DNA of 64,000 bases from Ignavibacteriota bacterium (GCA_963701295.1 OY969585.1:768001-832000); one strand, 5' to 3'. Shown: positions 50,963 to 61,340, counted from the stretch's first letter. A program made the numbers and translations. Notes: generated by a model from the letters alone, not told the origin.

Positions 50963-53900
50963 TTAATATATAGGTTTCTCTGTTTTTTCCAATTCCTCAA
51001 AATATTTTCGTATCAACTCCTGATAATCTTTGGAATACCCTTGCTCCAGGGCTTTCAGGAGCTCTTCCTGTAATTGATTTTTCCCTTCCAGCGAATTCCA
51101 ATCCAGATCTTTTGGACTGCGGCGCGTAATTTGTGTACCGGTTTCTGCTTTACGTTTCTTCTCATAGTCACGTTCATGCGTAGATTTAGAAGCATCCAGA
51201 AGACGGGAAAGAATGCGTTCCTGTCTCTTGATCGTTTCGGGATTTACATTATTCTGTTCGAGATTCTTGACAACTTCATTCATTTCTTCCGCAATTTTTT
51301 GAAGATCACCCAATAATTTCTTCTGATCGCCGCTTTGCTGTGCTTCACGATTCAACTCCTCAAGTGATTTCTGGATTGCTCCCTGTTCTTTCGCCAGCCG
51401 AGCCGCTTCTGCCGCTTGCTGCGGAGACATCCCGCCCATTTGTTGTGTCTGCATATTGAGAGACATTTGCTGACCTGCCATCATTTGTAATTGCTGCATG
51501 AGACTTCCTGCACCGCCTCCGCTTCCTCCTTGCATCATTGCTTGTAGCGCATTCTCCACTTGCATTGCTGCGCGATTAAGTGCCGCCATAGCTTGTTGCT
51601 GTTCTTGTGACGCCATCGCACCGTTTCGCATATCCAAAGCGCGCATGGCATTATTCATTCGTGCCAATGCCTCACCAATTGCTTTGCCCATTTCTGGTGT
51701 TACAGCAAAAGATTTTTGCGATAACTCGCTCAATCCATTAATGATATTGTTCAAGTCTTGAGCAACACGCTGCTGCTCCTGCGCATTTTGCCGAAGCTGC
51801 GGAGAATTCTGCGGGGCTTGTTGTGATTGCTGCTTCAGTGCTTCTTCATCTTTCGAAAGTTCCAAGATATTATTGATCGCTTTGCGCATTTCGTTCATCA
51901 CATATTGCGATTGCTGCTGAAGCATCTGCTGCTGCATTGCATCCATTTGCTTGCTGAACTGCTTGAGTTGTTCTCCAGTCTCCTTCTGTGTTTGTTGTGC
52001 CGCCTGTATGTTTCCCGTTTGCATTTGCTGCGACGCTTGCTGCATCTTTTGACCCAATTGCTGCTGCTGCAATTGCTCCAGAGATTTCTGCAGCTTATCT
52101 GCGGGCATTTCAGTAAAGAACTCTTCCATTCGGTGTTGAAGATCAGCGGCTTCGCGTTCCATCGCCTGTTCTTTCTTGGCAAGATCAGCTTGTTTTTTTG
52201 CTAATTCTTGCTGTCTCTGAGAGTCGTTGGATGCCTTCGAACTTTCTTCCTGCAATTCCTTCTCCAACTTCTCCAACTCCTGCGCACGTTTTTTCACTTC
52301 ATCCATTTTCTGTTCGATCTGGAGGCGTTTAAGCAGGTTCATTGTTCGCTCTATGCTCTGGCGAAAACGTTCTTCAGAGAAGGTCATGTTTTGCATTGCC
52401 TGCTGGAGCTGCTCTTTGCTGATGTTCGGCATCTGCTGCTGCAATTGCTTGAGCGTCTTCTGTAATTCCGTGGCATCAAACTGCTGGAAGAGCTGCTGAA
52501 GCTCCATGTATTTCTCCATAGTTTCTTTCGAAAGCACGTTTTGCTGTTGCATCTGCTGTGCCATTTGCTCAACACGGGATTGCACATTCTCCAGTTTCCT
52601 TTGTACTTCTTGGTACTGCTTTGCCATCTCTTCCATCTTTTTTTGTGTCTGCCAATCGGGATCCTTGTTCTTCTTCAAGTCACGGTTGATAGACTCAATA
52701 TTCTCTTTCAATTTCTTTGCATCATCAAATGACTGCTTCAGATCATCTATCGAACGTTCATGTTCTTTATCAACATCGGAAAATACTTCATCTAGTGAAG
52801 GAAGCCGGAGAAGATAAAGATTGCTGCGTCCGCTTTTCGGGCCTGTGATTGCATCGTTATCAAAAACTTCTGCGAAGTATTCAACAACATCTTCCGGTAC
52901 AAGATTGAGGTTGGTGAGGTTCCAGGTGTACGACAATTCAACCTGTCCCTCAGGTGCTTCAGGGAGAGGAATCGAAAAAAAGGTATACTCAGATTGCGCC
53001 TGTTCGTAACGCGATTTCACTAACCTATAACCGAGACGCATGCTAGAAAATCCGAAATCATCTTTTGCTTTTAAAAAGAGTGGAATCGATTGATCGCCAG
53101 CAATATCAATGTTACGGCCTGGATCGATGATCGTGATAGTGGGAAATTCGTCTTTCACTGCTTTCAGTTGGTAGTGCACGGGTTCGCTATTTGACAATCC
53201 TTCTTCATCAAGAAGAGAGATACAGTATGAATTATCTGAAGACAGAGGAAACGATGCAAAGAATTTTTCTCGGTGTATTGTAAGCATCAGCTTCGTATTG
53301 TTTCCGAATTGTATAACTGCTTCTCTTAATGATTTGCTTGCTGTCCCTGCTATGGTAACACGTGTACCTATCAATGCCGTAACATCACCGACAAACTCAT
53401 CCATCATTTTCGGCGGGATTTTTGTATAGGAAGGATAATCGAGGCGCACACGAAATGATCGTATCAACGGACGATCCAACACGGTGAGTTCATAGCGTTC
53501 ACTTTCAGCATCGGCATATTGAACATAATACATTGTCGTTGTGTGAACAGCCTCGAATGTTGTGTTGAACACACCAATTGAATCCGGTTTGACTTTTAAT
53601 TCATCGAAATTTTCCTGTCCCGCCTGCTGTTGAAAAATAATAAGTTCCTTTGTACGCAGTGTAAATTCCGGAAAAAGCGAAGTCACCTTCACCCGCACAT
53701 CAATATTCTCGCCTTTGACTATTTCTTTATTACCTGGTGAAAGTTCAATTTGATACTTCGGTGGCGGTGTAAATTCTTTTGTACAATGAATCAATCGGTA
53801 TGCCGCACCGGAAATCGATGCAGGAAACATGAGAAATATCAAGATCGCACTACCGAGACTCATCATCAGCCAGCGGCGATATTTGGGAAGACGGGTTGTA

Positions 53901-54367
53901 TTCACAGATTGCGCGAAATCGAGCAGTTGAATTTCTTTAGCAAAATCCTTTAATGTTTCATCAATTAATTTCGTTGAGTAAAACTTAGAAGCCAAATCGA
54001 TTTCTTTCGCAAGCTGAAGAGCATTCAACAACCTATCCTTGAGAGAAGAAAAGAATGCGCCAACGTGTCTCGCGATCTCATCTTCTGTGATCGATGACAG
54101 CGCACCGATCAATCGCAGGAAAGGACGACCGATCATCCAACTGCCGGCACACATAAGCGATAGAGTAGAGAGAATGGCGATTATCGTTCTCGCCATTTTG
54201 GAAAAATCGAACAATGTCTCTGCGAGAACAAGCATTGTCGTTGTAACGAGTACACCAGCACAAAAAACGAGAGTATTCGAAAGGAGATCCACGCGGTTCT
54301 GTCTGTTACGAACCAGACGTATTCGATGCGACAGCATTGTTAATATAGTAGAAGATCCTTGCATCAT
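50963..54367 (-). CDS. DUF4175-like membrane-anchored protein with Ig-like domains and Gln-rich coiled coil
   Basis: DRLLNALQL, AKDDFG, YFAEV.DND..GPK, Q/M-rich C-half, IL.RLL, Y..LI.KYF. Confidence 0.82.
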   Translation of the reverse strand: MMQGSSTILTMLSHRIRLVRNRQNRVDLLSNTLVFCAGVLVTTTMLVLAETLFDFSKMARTIIAILSTLSLMCAGSWMIGRPFLRLIGALSSITEDEIARHVGAFFSSLKDRLLNALQLAKEIDLASKFYSTKLIDETLKDFAKEIQLLDFAQSVNTTRLPKYRRWLMMSLGSAILIFLMFPASISGAAYRLIHCTKEFTPPPKYQIELSPGNKEIVKGENIDVRVKVTSLFPEFTLRTKELIIFQQQAGQENFDELKVKPDSIGVFNTTFEAVHTTTMYYVQYADAESERYELTVLDRPLIRSFRVRLDYPSYTKIPPKMMDEFVGDVTALIGTRVTIAGTASKSLREAVIQFGNNTKLMLTIHREKFFASFPLSSDNSYCISLLDEEGLSNSEPVHYQLKAVKDEFPTITIIDPGRNIDIAGDQSIPLFLKAKDDFGFSSMRLGYRLVKSRYEQAQSEYTFFSIPLPEAPEGQVELSYTWNLTNLNLVPEDVVEYFAEVFDNDAITGPKSGRSNLYLLRLPSLDEVFSDVDKEHERSIDDLKQSFDDAKKLKENIESINRDLKKNKDPDWQTQKKMEEMAKQYQEVQRKLENVQSRVEQMAQQMQQQNVLSKETMEKYMELQQLFQQFDATELQKTLKQLQQQMPNISKEQLQQAMQNMTFSEERFRQSIERTMNLLKRLQIEQKMDEVKKRAQELEKLEKELQEESSKASNDSQRQQELAKKQADLAKKEQAMEREAADLQHRMEEFFTEMPADKLQKSLEQLQQQQLGQKMQQASQQMQTGNIQAAQQTQKETGEQLKQFSKQMDAMQQQMLQQQSQYVMNEMRKAINNILELSKDEEALKQQSQQAPQNSPQLRQNAQEQQRVAQDLNNIINGLSELSQKSFAVTPEMGKAIGEALARMNNAMRALDMRNGAMASQEQQQAMAALNRAAMQVENALQAMMQGGSGGGAGSLMQQLQMMAGQQMSLNMQTQQMGGMSPQQAAEAARLAKEQGAIQKSLEELNREAQQSGDQKKLLGDLQKIAEEMNEVVKNLEQNNVNPETIKRQERILSRLLDASKSTHERDYEKKRKAETGTQITRRSPKDLDWNSLEGKNQLQEELLKALEQGYSKDYQELIRKYFEELEKTEKPIY

Positions 54368-54430
54368 TTATTCACACAATCACAAAATTACTCAACCGCA
54401 AATCATAAACTTTTTATTCTTCAATCATGT

Positions 54431-55099
54431 TTAATGTGTCAGCGCCCAAACAACAATATTGGTTCCGAATCGCAATGCTTCCTGTCGTACCGATTCAGGA
54501 TCACCGTGTTCTTCCGGGTCATCCCAGCCATCGCTTGGATTCGATTCATACGTATAATAGGCGACAAGTCGCCCTTTAAAAAACAACCCGAATCCCTGCG
54601 GTGGTTTTCCATTGTGCTCATGTGTTTTCGGTACACCATTGGGGAAATCAAAATGACAATGGTACAACCCATAGCTGAAAGGTAATTCAACAAGCTCTTG
54701 GTCGGGGAATACTTTTTTTATCTCACGTCGAAATGCTTTATCCAGTCCATAATCATCGTCAGCATACAAAAATCCGCCTTGCTGAAGATATAAGCGGAGT
54801 CGCTGAACTTCATAATCCGAAAAAGAGATATTGCCATGTCCTGTCATAAAGAGGAATGGATACGAGAAGAGTTTATCGCTGGAAAGATCGACAAATTCAT
54901 ACCGCGGGTCGCAATCGATGTTGGTGTTTTGTTGGACGAATTTTAGCAGATTGACTTCTTCTGTCGGACCGTTGTACCAGTCACTCCCGCCACTGTATTT
55001 CAGGCGTGCAATGCGAAATTGAGATTCTATGCGTGGTTGTGCGTCTATCCTATGCAATCCACACAAAACAACGAGTAATGAATAACTGATTATTCTCAT
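54431..55099 (-). CDS. DUF4159 family exported protein
   Basis: ARLKY.GG.DWY, YPFLFMTGHG, GGFLYADD.YG, PKTHEH, DGW, G.N; start likely ATG 55099. Confidence 0.88.
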   Translation of the reverse strand: MRIISYSLLVVLCGLHRIDAQPRIESQFRIARLKYSGGSDWYNGPTEEVNLLKFVQQNTNIDCDPRYEFVDLSSDKLFSYPFLFMTGHGNISFSDYEVQRLRLYLQQGGFLYADDDYGLDKAFRREIKKVFPDQELVELPFSYGLYHCHFDFPNGVPKTHEHNGKPPQGFGLFFKGRLVAYYTYESNPSDGWDDPEEHGDPESVRQEALRFGTNIVVWALTH

Positions 55100-55191
55100 T
55101 ATTACACTTCCCAATCTTACAATCACTCAATTCTATATACTCACTACAATCAATGTAGAAAATGGTGATGCGAGAATCAAACGATGATATC

Positions 55192-55220
55192 TTGCAAATC
55201 TGGCTTCTTCTTTCTAAGTT
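55192..55220 (+). promoter_or_regulatory. Putative sigma70 promoter of the AmmeMemoRadiSam operon
   Basis: TTGCAA-N17-TAAGTT. Confidence 0.5.
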
Positions 55221-55250
55221 ACCAATAATAAAACAATTATTGGTGCATTC

Positions 55251-56762
55251 ATGAACACCACCAAAATCTTCTTTCCCTTCGTTTTTTGTATTCTCGTTTT
55301 CTTCACCGACTGCCAAGCACAAAAGGAACGCATTGACCGCCAGCCTGCAGTGGCGGGACAATTTTATCCGGCAAGTCGCGAAGAACTGAATTCTACACTA
55401 AAACAACTTTTCTCAAAAGCAGTGCCATCAAGAAATATCAAAGACGTCATTGCCATCATCTCACCGCATGCTGGGTATGTGTTTTCGGGAGAAGTGGCAG
55501 CGTCGAGTTTTAATCAACTTGACACGGAAAAAAAGTACGAAAATATTTTTGTTCTCGGTTCGAGTCATTATGTTGCGTTTGATGGAGCGTCGATCTATTC
55601 GCAAGGCAATTTTATTACGCCCTTTGGTACAATAAAGGTAAATACTGAGCTTGCCAATCAACTCATAAACAAGAATAGTATTTTCTCCAATCGCACGGAT
55701 GCTCATGCACGCGAGCACAGTCTGGAAGTACAGCTTCCATTTCTTCAATACCTGTTGAAGAAGGATTTTAGGATTGTTCCCATTATCCTTGGTACACAGT
55801 CGCCGGAAACCTGCAAGCGCATTGCCGAAACATTGAAACCGTATTTGAATTCAAAAAATCTTTTCGTCATCAGCACCGATTTTTCGCACTATCCATCATA
55901 CGACGACGCCAAGAATGTTGATAAATCCACTGCAGATGCGATTCTCACTAACTCACCGGAAAATCTCATCCGTTCTCTAGCGAGCTATGAACGGAAAGGT
56001 ATTTCCAATCTTGCCACGTGCCTCTGCGGATGGACAAGTGTGCTGACGTTGATGTATATGACGGAAAATAATCCGGACATCACCTTTACGCACATTCAAT
56101 ACAAAAATTCTGGAGACACAGAGTACGGCGAAAAGAACAGAGTCGTCGGTTACAACGCGATTGCAATTGCGTTGAAGGAAAGAAAGGCTCATACAGAATT
56201 CAAGCTCAACGATAAAGATAAGAAGGAACTGCTGCTGATTGCACGCAAGACGATCATTGAATATGTGAAAAATCGCAAGACGCTAGAGATAGACGAGAAG
56301 GATCTATCACCAATGACGAAAACAAATTGCGGCGCTTTTGTCACGCTGAAGAAACATGGCGATTTACGCGGTTGTATCGGTCGTTTCGATGCAAGCGAAC
56401 CGTTGCACAAAGTAGTACAGGACATGGCAATTGCGTCGTCAACACAGGATTATCGATTCACACCGGTTGCGCCCGATGAAATTCCGGAATTAGAAATTGA
56501 GATCTCCGTGCTTACACCAATGCGGCGTATTTTTTCCGTAGATGAAATCGAATTGGGAACGCATGGCATTTACATCAGAAAAGGACAGAACTCCGGAACA
56601 TTTCTGCCACAGGTGGCTACGGAAACCGGATGGACAAAAGAAGAATTTCTCGGCCACTGTGCGCAGGATAAAGTCGGCATCGGTTGGAATGGATGGAAAG
56701 GTGCCGAGTTGTTTGTATATGAGGCAATAGTTTTCAGTGAAAAAGCATTAGAAGGTAAGTAA
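55251..56762 (+). CDS. amrB: AmmeMemoRadiSam protein B/A fusion (Memo-like plus AMMECR1) with N-terminal signal peptide
   Basis: PAVAGQFYP, PHAGY, EHSLEVQLPFL, STDFSHY, CG, VGY; GAFVTL, LRGCIG, EISVLTP, FLPQVA. Confidence 0.92.
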   Translation: MNTTKIFFPFVFCILVFFTDCQAQKERIDRQPAVAGQFYPASREELNSTLKQLFSKAVPSRNIKDVIAIISPHAGYVFSGEVAASSFNQLDTEKKYENIFVLGSSHYVAFDGASIYSQGNFITPFGTIKVNTELANQLINKNSIFSNRTDAHAREHSLEVQLPFLQYLLKKDFRIVPIILGTQSPETCKRIAETLKPYLNSKNLFVISTDFSHYPSYDDAKNVDKSTADAILTNSPENLIRSLASYERKGISNLATCLCGWTSVLTLMYMTENNPDITFTHIQYKNSGDTEYGEKNRVVGYNAIAIALKERKAHTEFKLNDKDKKELLLIARKTIIEYVKNRKTLEIDEKDLSPMTKTNCGAFVTLKKHGDLRGCIGRFDASEPLHKVVQDMAIASSTQDYRFTPVAPDEIPELEIEISVLTPMRRIFSVDEIELGTHGIYIRKGQNSGTFLPQVATETGWTKEEFLGHCAQDKVGIGWNGWKGAELFVYEAIVFSEKALEGK

Positions 56763-56769
56763 CTCTACG

Positions 56770-57912
56770 ATGCTGAAGAAAGAATTTCCAAAAATCTCTA
56801 AACGCGAATTTCTTCGTCAATGCGCTTTTTGTGCTGGAGGACTTGCGCTTGGAGTGTACAGACCAAATGTATTTTCTATTTCATCGGACATTGATTTAGG
56901 AAAGTTTAGCAAGGAAGCACTCTTCTACACAAAAACCTCCGATGGATTGCAATGTGAAAAGTGTCCACACGGTTGTTTGTTACTGAATGATGGCGATGTT
57001 GGATTCTGCCGCAATCGTGTTGCAAGCAATGGAAAAATCTATTCCATCGCGTACGGTAATCCATGCGCGGTGCATATCGATCCGATCGAGAAGAAACCAT
57101 TTTTCCATTTTCTTCCGACGACACACGCGTTCTCTATAGCTGTTGCTGGGTGCAACTTCCGCTGTCTCAATTGTCAGAATTGGCAGATCTCGCAGATCAG
57201 TCCGAAGGAATCCGACAACATCGATTTAATGCCGGAGGAAGTAGTCAAAGCTTGCCTAGCAACCAAATGTGAATCAATTGCTTACACGTATTCCGAGCCG
57301 ACAACCTTCTACGAGTACGCATATGATACAGCGAAGCTTGCAAGAGAGCAGAAGATTCACAACGTTTGGAAATCCGCCGGCTACATTAACGAAAAACCTC
57401 TTCGTCAATTATGCAAAGTGATGAATGCGGCAAACATCGATCTGAAAATATTCGACGATGCAATATATGCAAAGCTCAGTGCTGGCAAACTTGCTCCGGT
57501 CCTCAGAACACTGAAAATTTTCCATGAAGAAGGTGTTTGGTTAGAAATCACCAATCTTGTTATTCCGACCTGGACAGATAATTTCGATACTATCAAAAGA
57601 ATGTGCGAATGGTTATGTTCCAACAATCTATCGGATACGCCACTACACTTCAGCAGGTTCACGCCGCTTTATAAACTTAGCCAGCTTCCTTCCACACCGA
57701 CTGAAACGCTGGAAAAGGCGCACGCAATCGCAAAAGAATCAGGAATCAAGTTTGTCTATCTTGGCAACGTAGCCGGACACTGGGCAGAAAACACATACTG
57801 CCCAAAGTGCAAGAAAATCATCGTCGAAAGGCGTGTGTTCACAATCCTGAGCAATAACATCGTGAAGGGGAAGTGTAAATTCTGCGGAGAAAAAATCTCC
57901 GGCGTTTGGTAA
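56770..57912 (+). CDS. amrS: AmmeMemoRadiSam radical SAM enzyme with Tat-like N-terminus
   Basis: DPIEKKP.FHF.P, GCNFRCLNCQN, AYTYSEP, NIDLK, PLHFSRF.P, Y.GN, C..C...C..C; N-terminal SKREFL. Confidence 0.93.
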   Translation: MLKKEFPKISKREFLRQCAFCAGGLALGVYRPNVFSISSDIDLGKFSKEALFYTKTSDGLQCEKCPHGCLLLNDGDVGFCRNRVASNGKIYSIAYGNPCAVHIDPIEKKPFFHFLPTTHAFSIAVAGCNFRCLNCQNWQISQISPKESDNIDLMPEEVVKACLATKCESIAYTYSEPTTFYEYAYDTAKLAREQKIHNVWKSAGYINEKPLRQLCKVMNAANIDLKIFDDAIYAKLSAGKLAPVLRTLKIFHEEGVWLEITNLVIPTWTDNFDTIKRMCEWLCSNNLSDTPLHFSRFTPLYKLSQLPSTPTETLEKAHAIAKESGIKFVYLGNVAGHWAENTYCPKCKKIIVERRVFTILSNNIVKGKCKFCGEKISGVW

Positions 57913-57918
57913 TATCTC

Positions 57919-60162
57919 ATGGATCGACCACAAGCACTTACACTGCACGTATCTCTCGTTTACATCGGTTTCGGTTCCATCCTCACACAAATTCTTCTTA
58001 TTCGTGAATTCCTCGTTAGTTTCTATGGCAACGAACTAAGTATCGGCATAATCTTTTCTGGCTGGCTGATCTGGATCGGTATCGGAAGTACCGTTGGAAA
58101 CAAGTTGATCAAGAGATTGCAGAGTATCTCGCATCTTTTCTTTATTCTCATCGTTTTAACGCCGCTCGTGACGTTCATGCAAATCCTCGCTGTGAAGTTT
58201 GTCCGAGCGTTTTTACACATTCCAACCGGTGAATTCCTCTCTATGATGGAACTCTTTGGTTTTTCATTTTCGGTTCTCAGTGTTGGATGTTTTTTGTGGG
58301 GGATGCTATTTACACTTGGTGCAAAGATGTTCTCATCAGAAAAAGAAGAACTCTGGCGAGGTGTGAATAAGGCATATGTGTTGGAATCTATCGGAAGTGT
58401 CGCCGGTGGATTGCTTTTTACGTATGTACTTGCATCATTGTTCTCAACTCTGCAAACTGCGTTTTTTTTGCTTTTCAGTACTTGGAGTATGGCGTTTTGG
58501 CATGGTTTGAAAATCAAGAAACAGTTCAAGACAGTCGCTCTTCTTTGTCTCATCGTCTTGTATTATATTTTTTTCCAGCCAATCCGTACGCTTGAACGCC
58601 AGATGAATGCATACGAGTGGTCGCTCATCAACGATAAACTCACATTCGTACGATCGATTGATACAAAATACCAGAATCTCTCGCTTCTCCGTCTGGAAAA
58701 TCAATGTACGATTTACACAGACGGGCGTCCGGCGTACAACATCCCCAACACCTACGAAGCCGAAGTCTTCATACATTCCATTCTGGTTCACCGTTTTGAT
58801 GCAAAGCGTGTGCTTCTTCTCGGCGGTGGATTCAATGGCATACTCAAAGAAATATTAAAATATCCTGTTCAAGAGATAGAGTACGTGGAGATCGATCCCG
58901 CACTTCTTCCCTTTGTCGAACCGGTATTGGACAAACAAAATCAGCAAGCACTTCGAGATCCTCGAGTTAAAATTATATCTGGAGATGGGCGCGAATTTCT
59001 ATCTCGGAATCAGGGTTCCTTTGATGTTATCATCCTGAATATTGGAGAACCGTCGACGGCAAGTTTGAATCGTTTCTTTACCTTGGAATTTTATCAGCAA
59101 TGTTCAACCCGATTGACATCAGATGGTATTCTTGCATTTTCTGTCCCTTCCTCTGCCGAATATATTACAGATGAAATGAAAAACCTGAATGCTTCCATCT
59201 ATCATACATTCAAACAGGTATTCCAGACTGTATTAGTCATACCCGGTGATCACGCCATTTTGATAGGATCGCGGAGTCAAAGACCGTTCATACAAGACCC
59301 TGATTCGCTTGCACATCTCTATGCGATTACAAAAATTTCAGCAGAGTACTTTTCAAAATACATGTTTGAAGAAAAGATGCCACCTGAGAGAATCAAATAT
59401 ATCACAAACGCGTTGGAATCTGTACAAGACTATAGAATCAATACCGATACTGATCCTGTGACATACTATTTCGACTTATTGCTCTGGAATCGATTTCTGC
59501 ATGGAGACAACAGATTTTTTTCTTCCATTAGTCGTACGGGAATATTTGTTGTTGGCGCTCTTGCTGTGGGAATTCTATTCATCATCCTTGTACGTCGCAG
59601 GCAAATTGAAAAACGGGAGCGGAACGCACTTGCTATCATCATAGCCTGTGGAGGAATGATCGGCATGGCACTCAATCTTCTCCTTTTATTGAATTTCCAA
59701 GAAACGTTCGGATCTATTTATGAAATGCTGGGTGCAATGTCGGCCGTGTTCATGCTTGGGTTGGCACTGGGAGCGATGTTTATTGTACGAATCACTCAGA
59801 ATCACAAGATGAAGTTCATCTTGCTTGTTGTTCTCATTGCACTTGTGAGTCTTGTCCTTTTATTGCCGCATTTGTTACATTTTTTGCTTCGCATGCGTTC
59901 CATGCCATTCACACTTATCATCACTATGTCCTGCGGCGGACTCATCGGAATGTTATTTGGGATTGTCAACCGGCTTTATTCTCATCGCGCAACAGATCTT
60001 GGCAGTATCTATGCTTATGATGTATTCGGCTCTTCTGTCGGTGCGTTGATAGCGTGTTCTCTGCTCCTGCCGGTGCTGGGAATTCAAGAAATGACCATGT
60101 TCCTAACGCTCGTCCTCGTACCAGCAATGATTGCAGCAATATTTACTCAGAGAGGTTTCTAA
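57919..60162 (+). CDS. Polytopic membrane protein with central spermidine-synthase-like SAM-binding domain
   Basis: About 7 TM, T.YQ, VLLLGGG, VEID, DGR.F, FDVII, FT.EFY, NTD..P, about 6 more TM. Confidence 0.85.
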   Translation: MDRPQALTLHVSLVYIGFGSILTQILLIREFLVSFYGNELSIGIIFSGWLIWIGIGSTVGNKLIKRLQSISHLFFILIVLTPLVTFMQILAVKFVRAFLHIPTGEFLSMMELFGFSFSVLSVGCFLWGMLFTLGAKMFSSEKEELWRGVNKAYVLESIGSVAGGLLFTYVLASLFSTLQTAFFLLFSTWSMAFWHGLKIKKQFKTVALLCLIVLYYIFFQPIRTLERQMNAYEWSLINDKLTFVRSIDTKYQNLSLLRLENQCTIYTDGRPAYNIPNTYEAEVFIHSILVHRFDAKRVLLLGGGFNGILKEILKYPVQEIEYVEIDPALLPFVEPVLDKQNQQALRDPRVKIISGDGREFLSRNQGSFDVIILNIGEPSTASLNRFFTLEFYQQCSTRLTSDGILAFSVPSSAEYITDEMKNLNASIYHTFKQVFQTVLVIPGDHAILIGSRSQRPFIQDPDSLAHLYAITKISAEYFSKYMFEEKMPPERIKYITNALESVQDYRINTDTDPVTYYFDLLLWNRFLHGDNRFFSSISRTGIFVVGALAVGILFIILVRRRQIEKRERNALAIIIACGGMIGMALNLLLLLNFQETFGSIYEMLGAMSAVFMLGLALGAMFIVRITQNHKMKFILLVVLIALVSLVLLLPHLLHFLLRMRSMPFTLIITMSCGGLIGMLFGIVNRLYSHRATDLGSIYAYDVFGSSVGALIACSLLLPVLGIQEMTMFLTLVLVPAMIAAIFTQRGF

Positions 60163-60177
60163 CTTTTTTCTCAATTT

Positions 60178-61317
60178 CTATCGAGTCCTTTGTCCTACGA
60201 ATTGTTGAACCCGTTTATCGAGTTGGGGCAGACTACCATCCCGCAAACATGCTTGCAGGTACGTCAAAACAAAAGAGCGGGCTCCATTCATTAGTGTTGC
60301 CGTAAGCGCCGGCCTGCCAAGGTGGGTGTCAATCTCATATGCCATCCGTAGCCCAGAAGTAGCTCCGTAATTGCCTTCGAACGAACCGGAAAGATTCGCA
60401 TCCATTAGTAGTTCCTGTGCGCGTGCACGTGTTAGATTCGGCGACAGTATTTCCCCAAGGACACGGTTCAGCATGTCCACTGCTTTTGATGTCTCGTCAA
60501 ACCACTTTCGAGCAGGAGTCTCTCCTCCAAGATGCGTTTGCAGAGAAAGGTAGTACGCAACACCTTCATTCTGTACTATCTCAAGCAGTTGATCAGCAAT
60601 GTTTCTTGGCCTTAGTGAGTCAGGGAGGGATTTCTGCAGCACGGAAAATGCGGCATGGAAACGTTCATGCGCTGTTGTGCTAAGCACTTCAATGAACTGA
60701 GCGTGTTCGTTTGGTGGCCCTTCAATCAGGCGAGCGAGATTGACAACAATAACAGGTTCTCCTTCCCCTTCGTTGACAAATGTGGGAGTGTCAAAATTCC
60801 ATACAACCCGGCGCACAAACGCAGTGGCTCGTTCATTTCCAATTACAACAAGATACACCGAAAATCGAGTAGAAATTTTTGCTTGTTCCGGAAAAAATGA
60901 GGCGATCGTTGCAACAATACGACGATCAAGCTGTCGTTGTTTAATAGTGTTGAGAAGTTTTCGAAGCTCAGGTATGTGATTTTTTGCGGGAAAAAAACCA
61001 TAAACATCACTTTCGAATCTCGTAATATTCCGCGCCAGTTCAAGCTGGTCACGGAAGTCATCATCCGATTTCGTCGTGCGTGCCAGCATCACGCTTGTAG
61101 CTGCCGCAAGTTGATTACCGCGAAGTTTCGCAACACGATCTGCATTGCCGCTTTGGCGATCAAAAAAATCAAGTGTCTGCTCAGCGGCACTGTAGTCGAC
61201 TCCCAGCGAGAACTCAAAGTTCGGATGTGTTTGTGCGCGTAAAACCTCAGTCGTCAAACTAAGGGATAGCATCATTGCTACAATTGTGTTTACGATGGTA
61301 TATGATTTAAAGTTCAT
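60178..61317 (-). CDS. Exported zinc-dependent protease (DUF5700-like)
   Basis: Signal peptide (LRA-Q), HERFH, EGVA, Y...G..MA..I. Confidence 0.75.
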   Translation of the reverse strand: MNFKSYTIVNTIVAMMLSLSLTTEVLRAQTHPNFEFSLGVDYSAAEQTLDFFDRQSGNADRVAKLRGNQLAAATSVMLARTTKSDDDFRDQLELARNITRFESDVYGFFPAKNHIPELRKLLNTIKQRQLDRRIVATIASFFPEQAKISTRFSVYLVVIGNERATAFVRRVVWNFDTPTFVNEGEGEPVIVVNLARLIEGPPNEHAQFIEVLSTTAHERFHAAFSVLQKSLPDSLRPRNIADQLLEIVQNEGVAYYLSLQTHLGGETPARKWFDETSKAVDMLNRVLGEILSPNLTRARAQELLMDANLSGSFEGNYGATSGLRMAYEIDTHLGRPALTATLMNGARSFVLTYLQACLRDGSLPQLDKRVQQFVGQRTR

Positions 61318-61340
61318 AAGAATTCTCTACGTTTATAAAA

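Noticed and set aside
51400-52650. CTG/TTG-rich quasi-repetitive tract
   Set aside because: Explained by the Gln/Met-rich coiled coil of the DUF4175-like protein; not a DNA repeat array or CRISPR.
57919-60162. Calling this gene speE
   Set aside because: The key Asp residues for dcSAM selection and catalysis are substituted.
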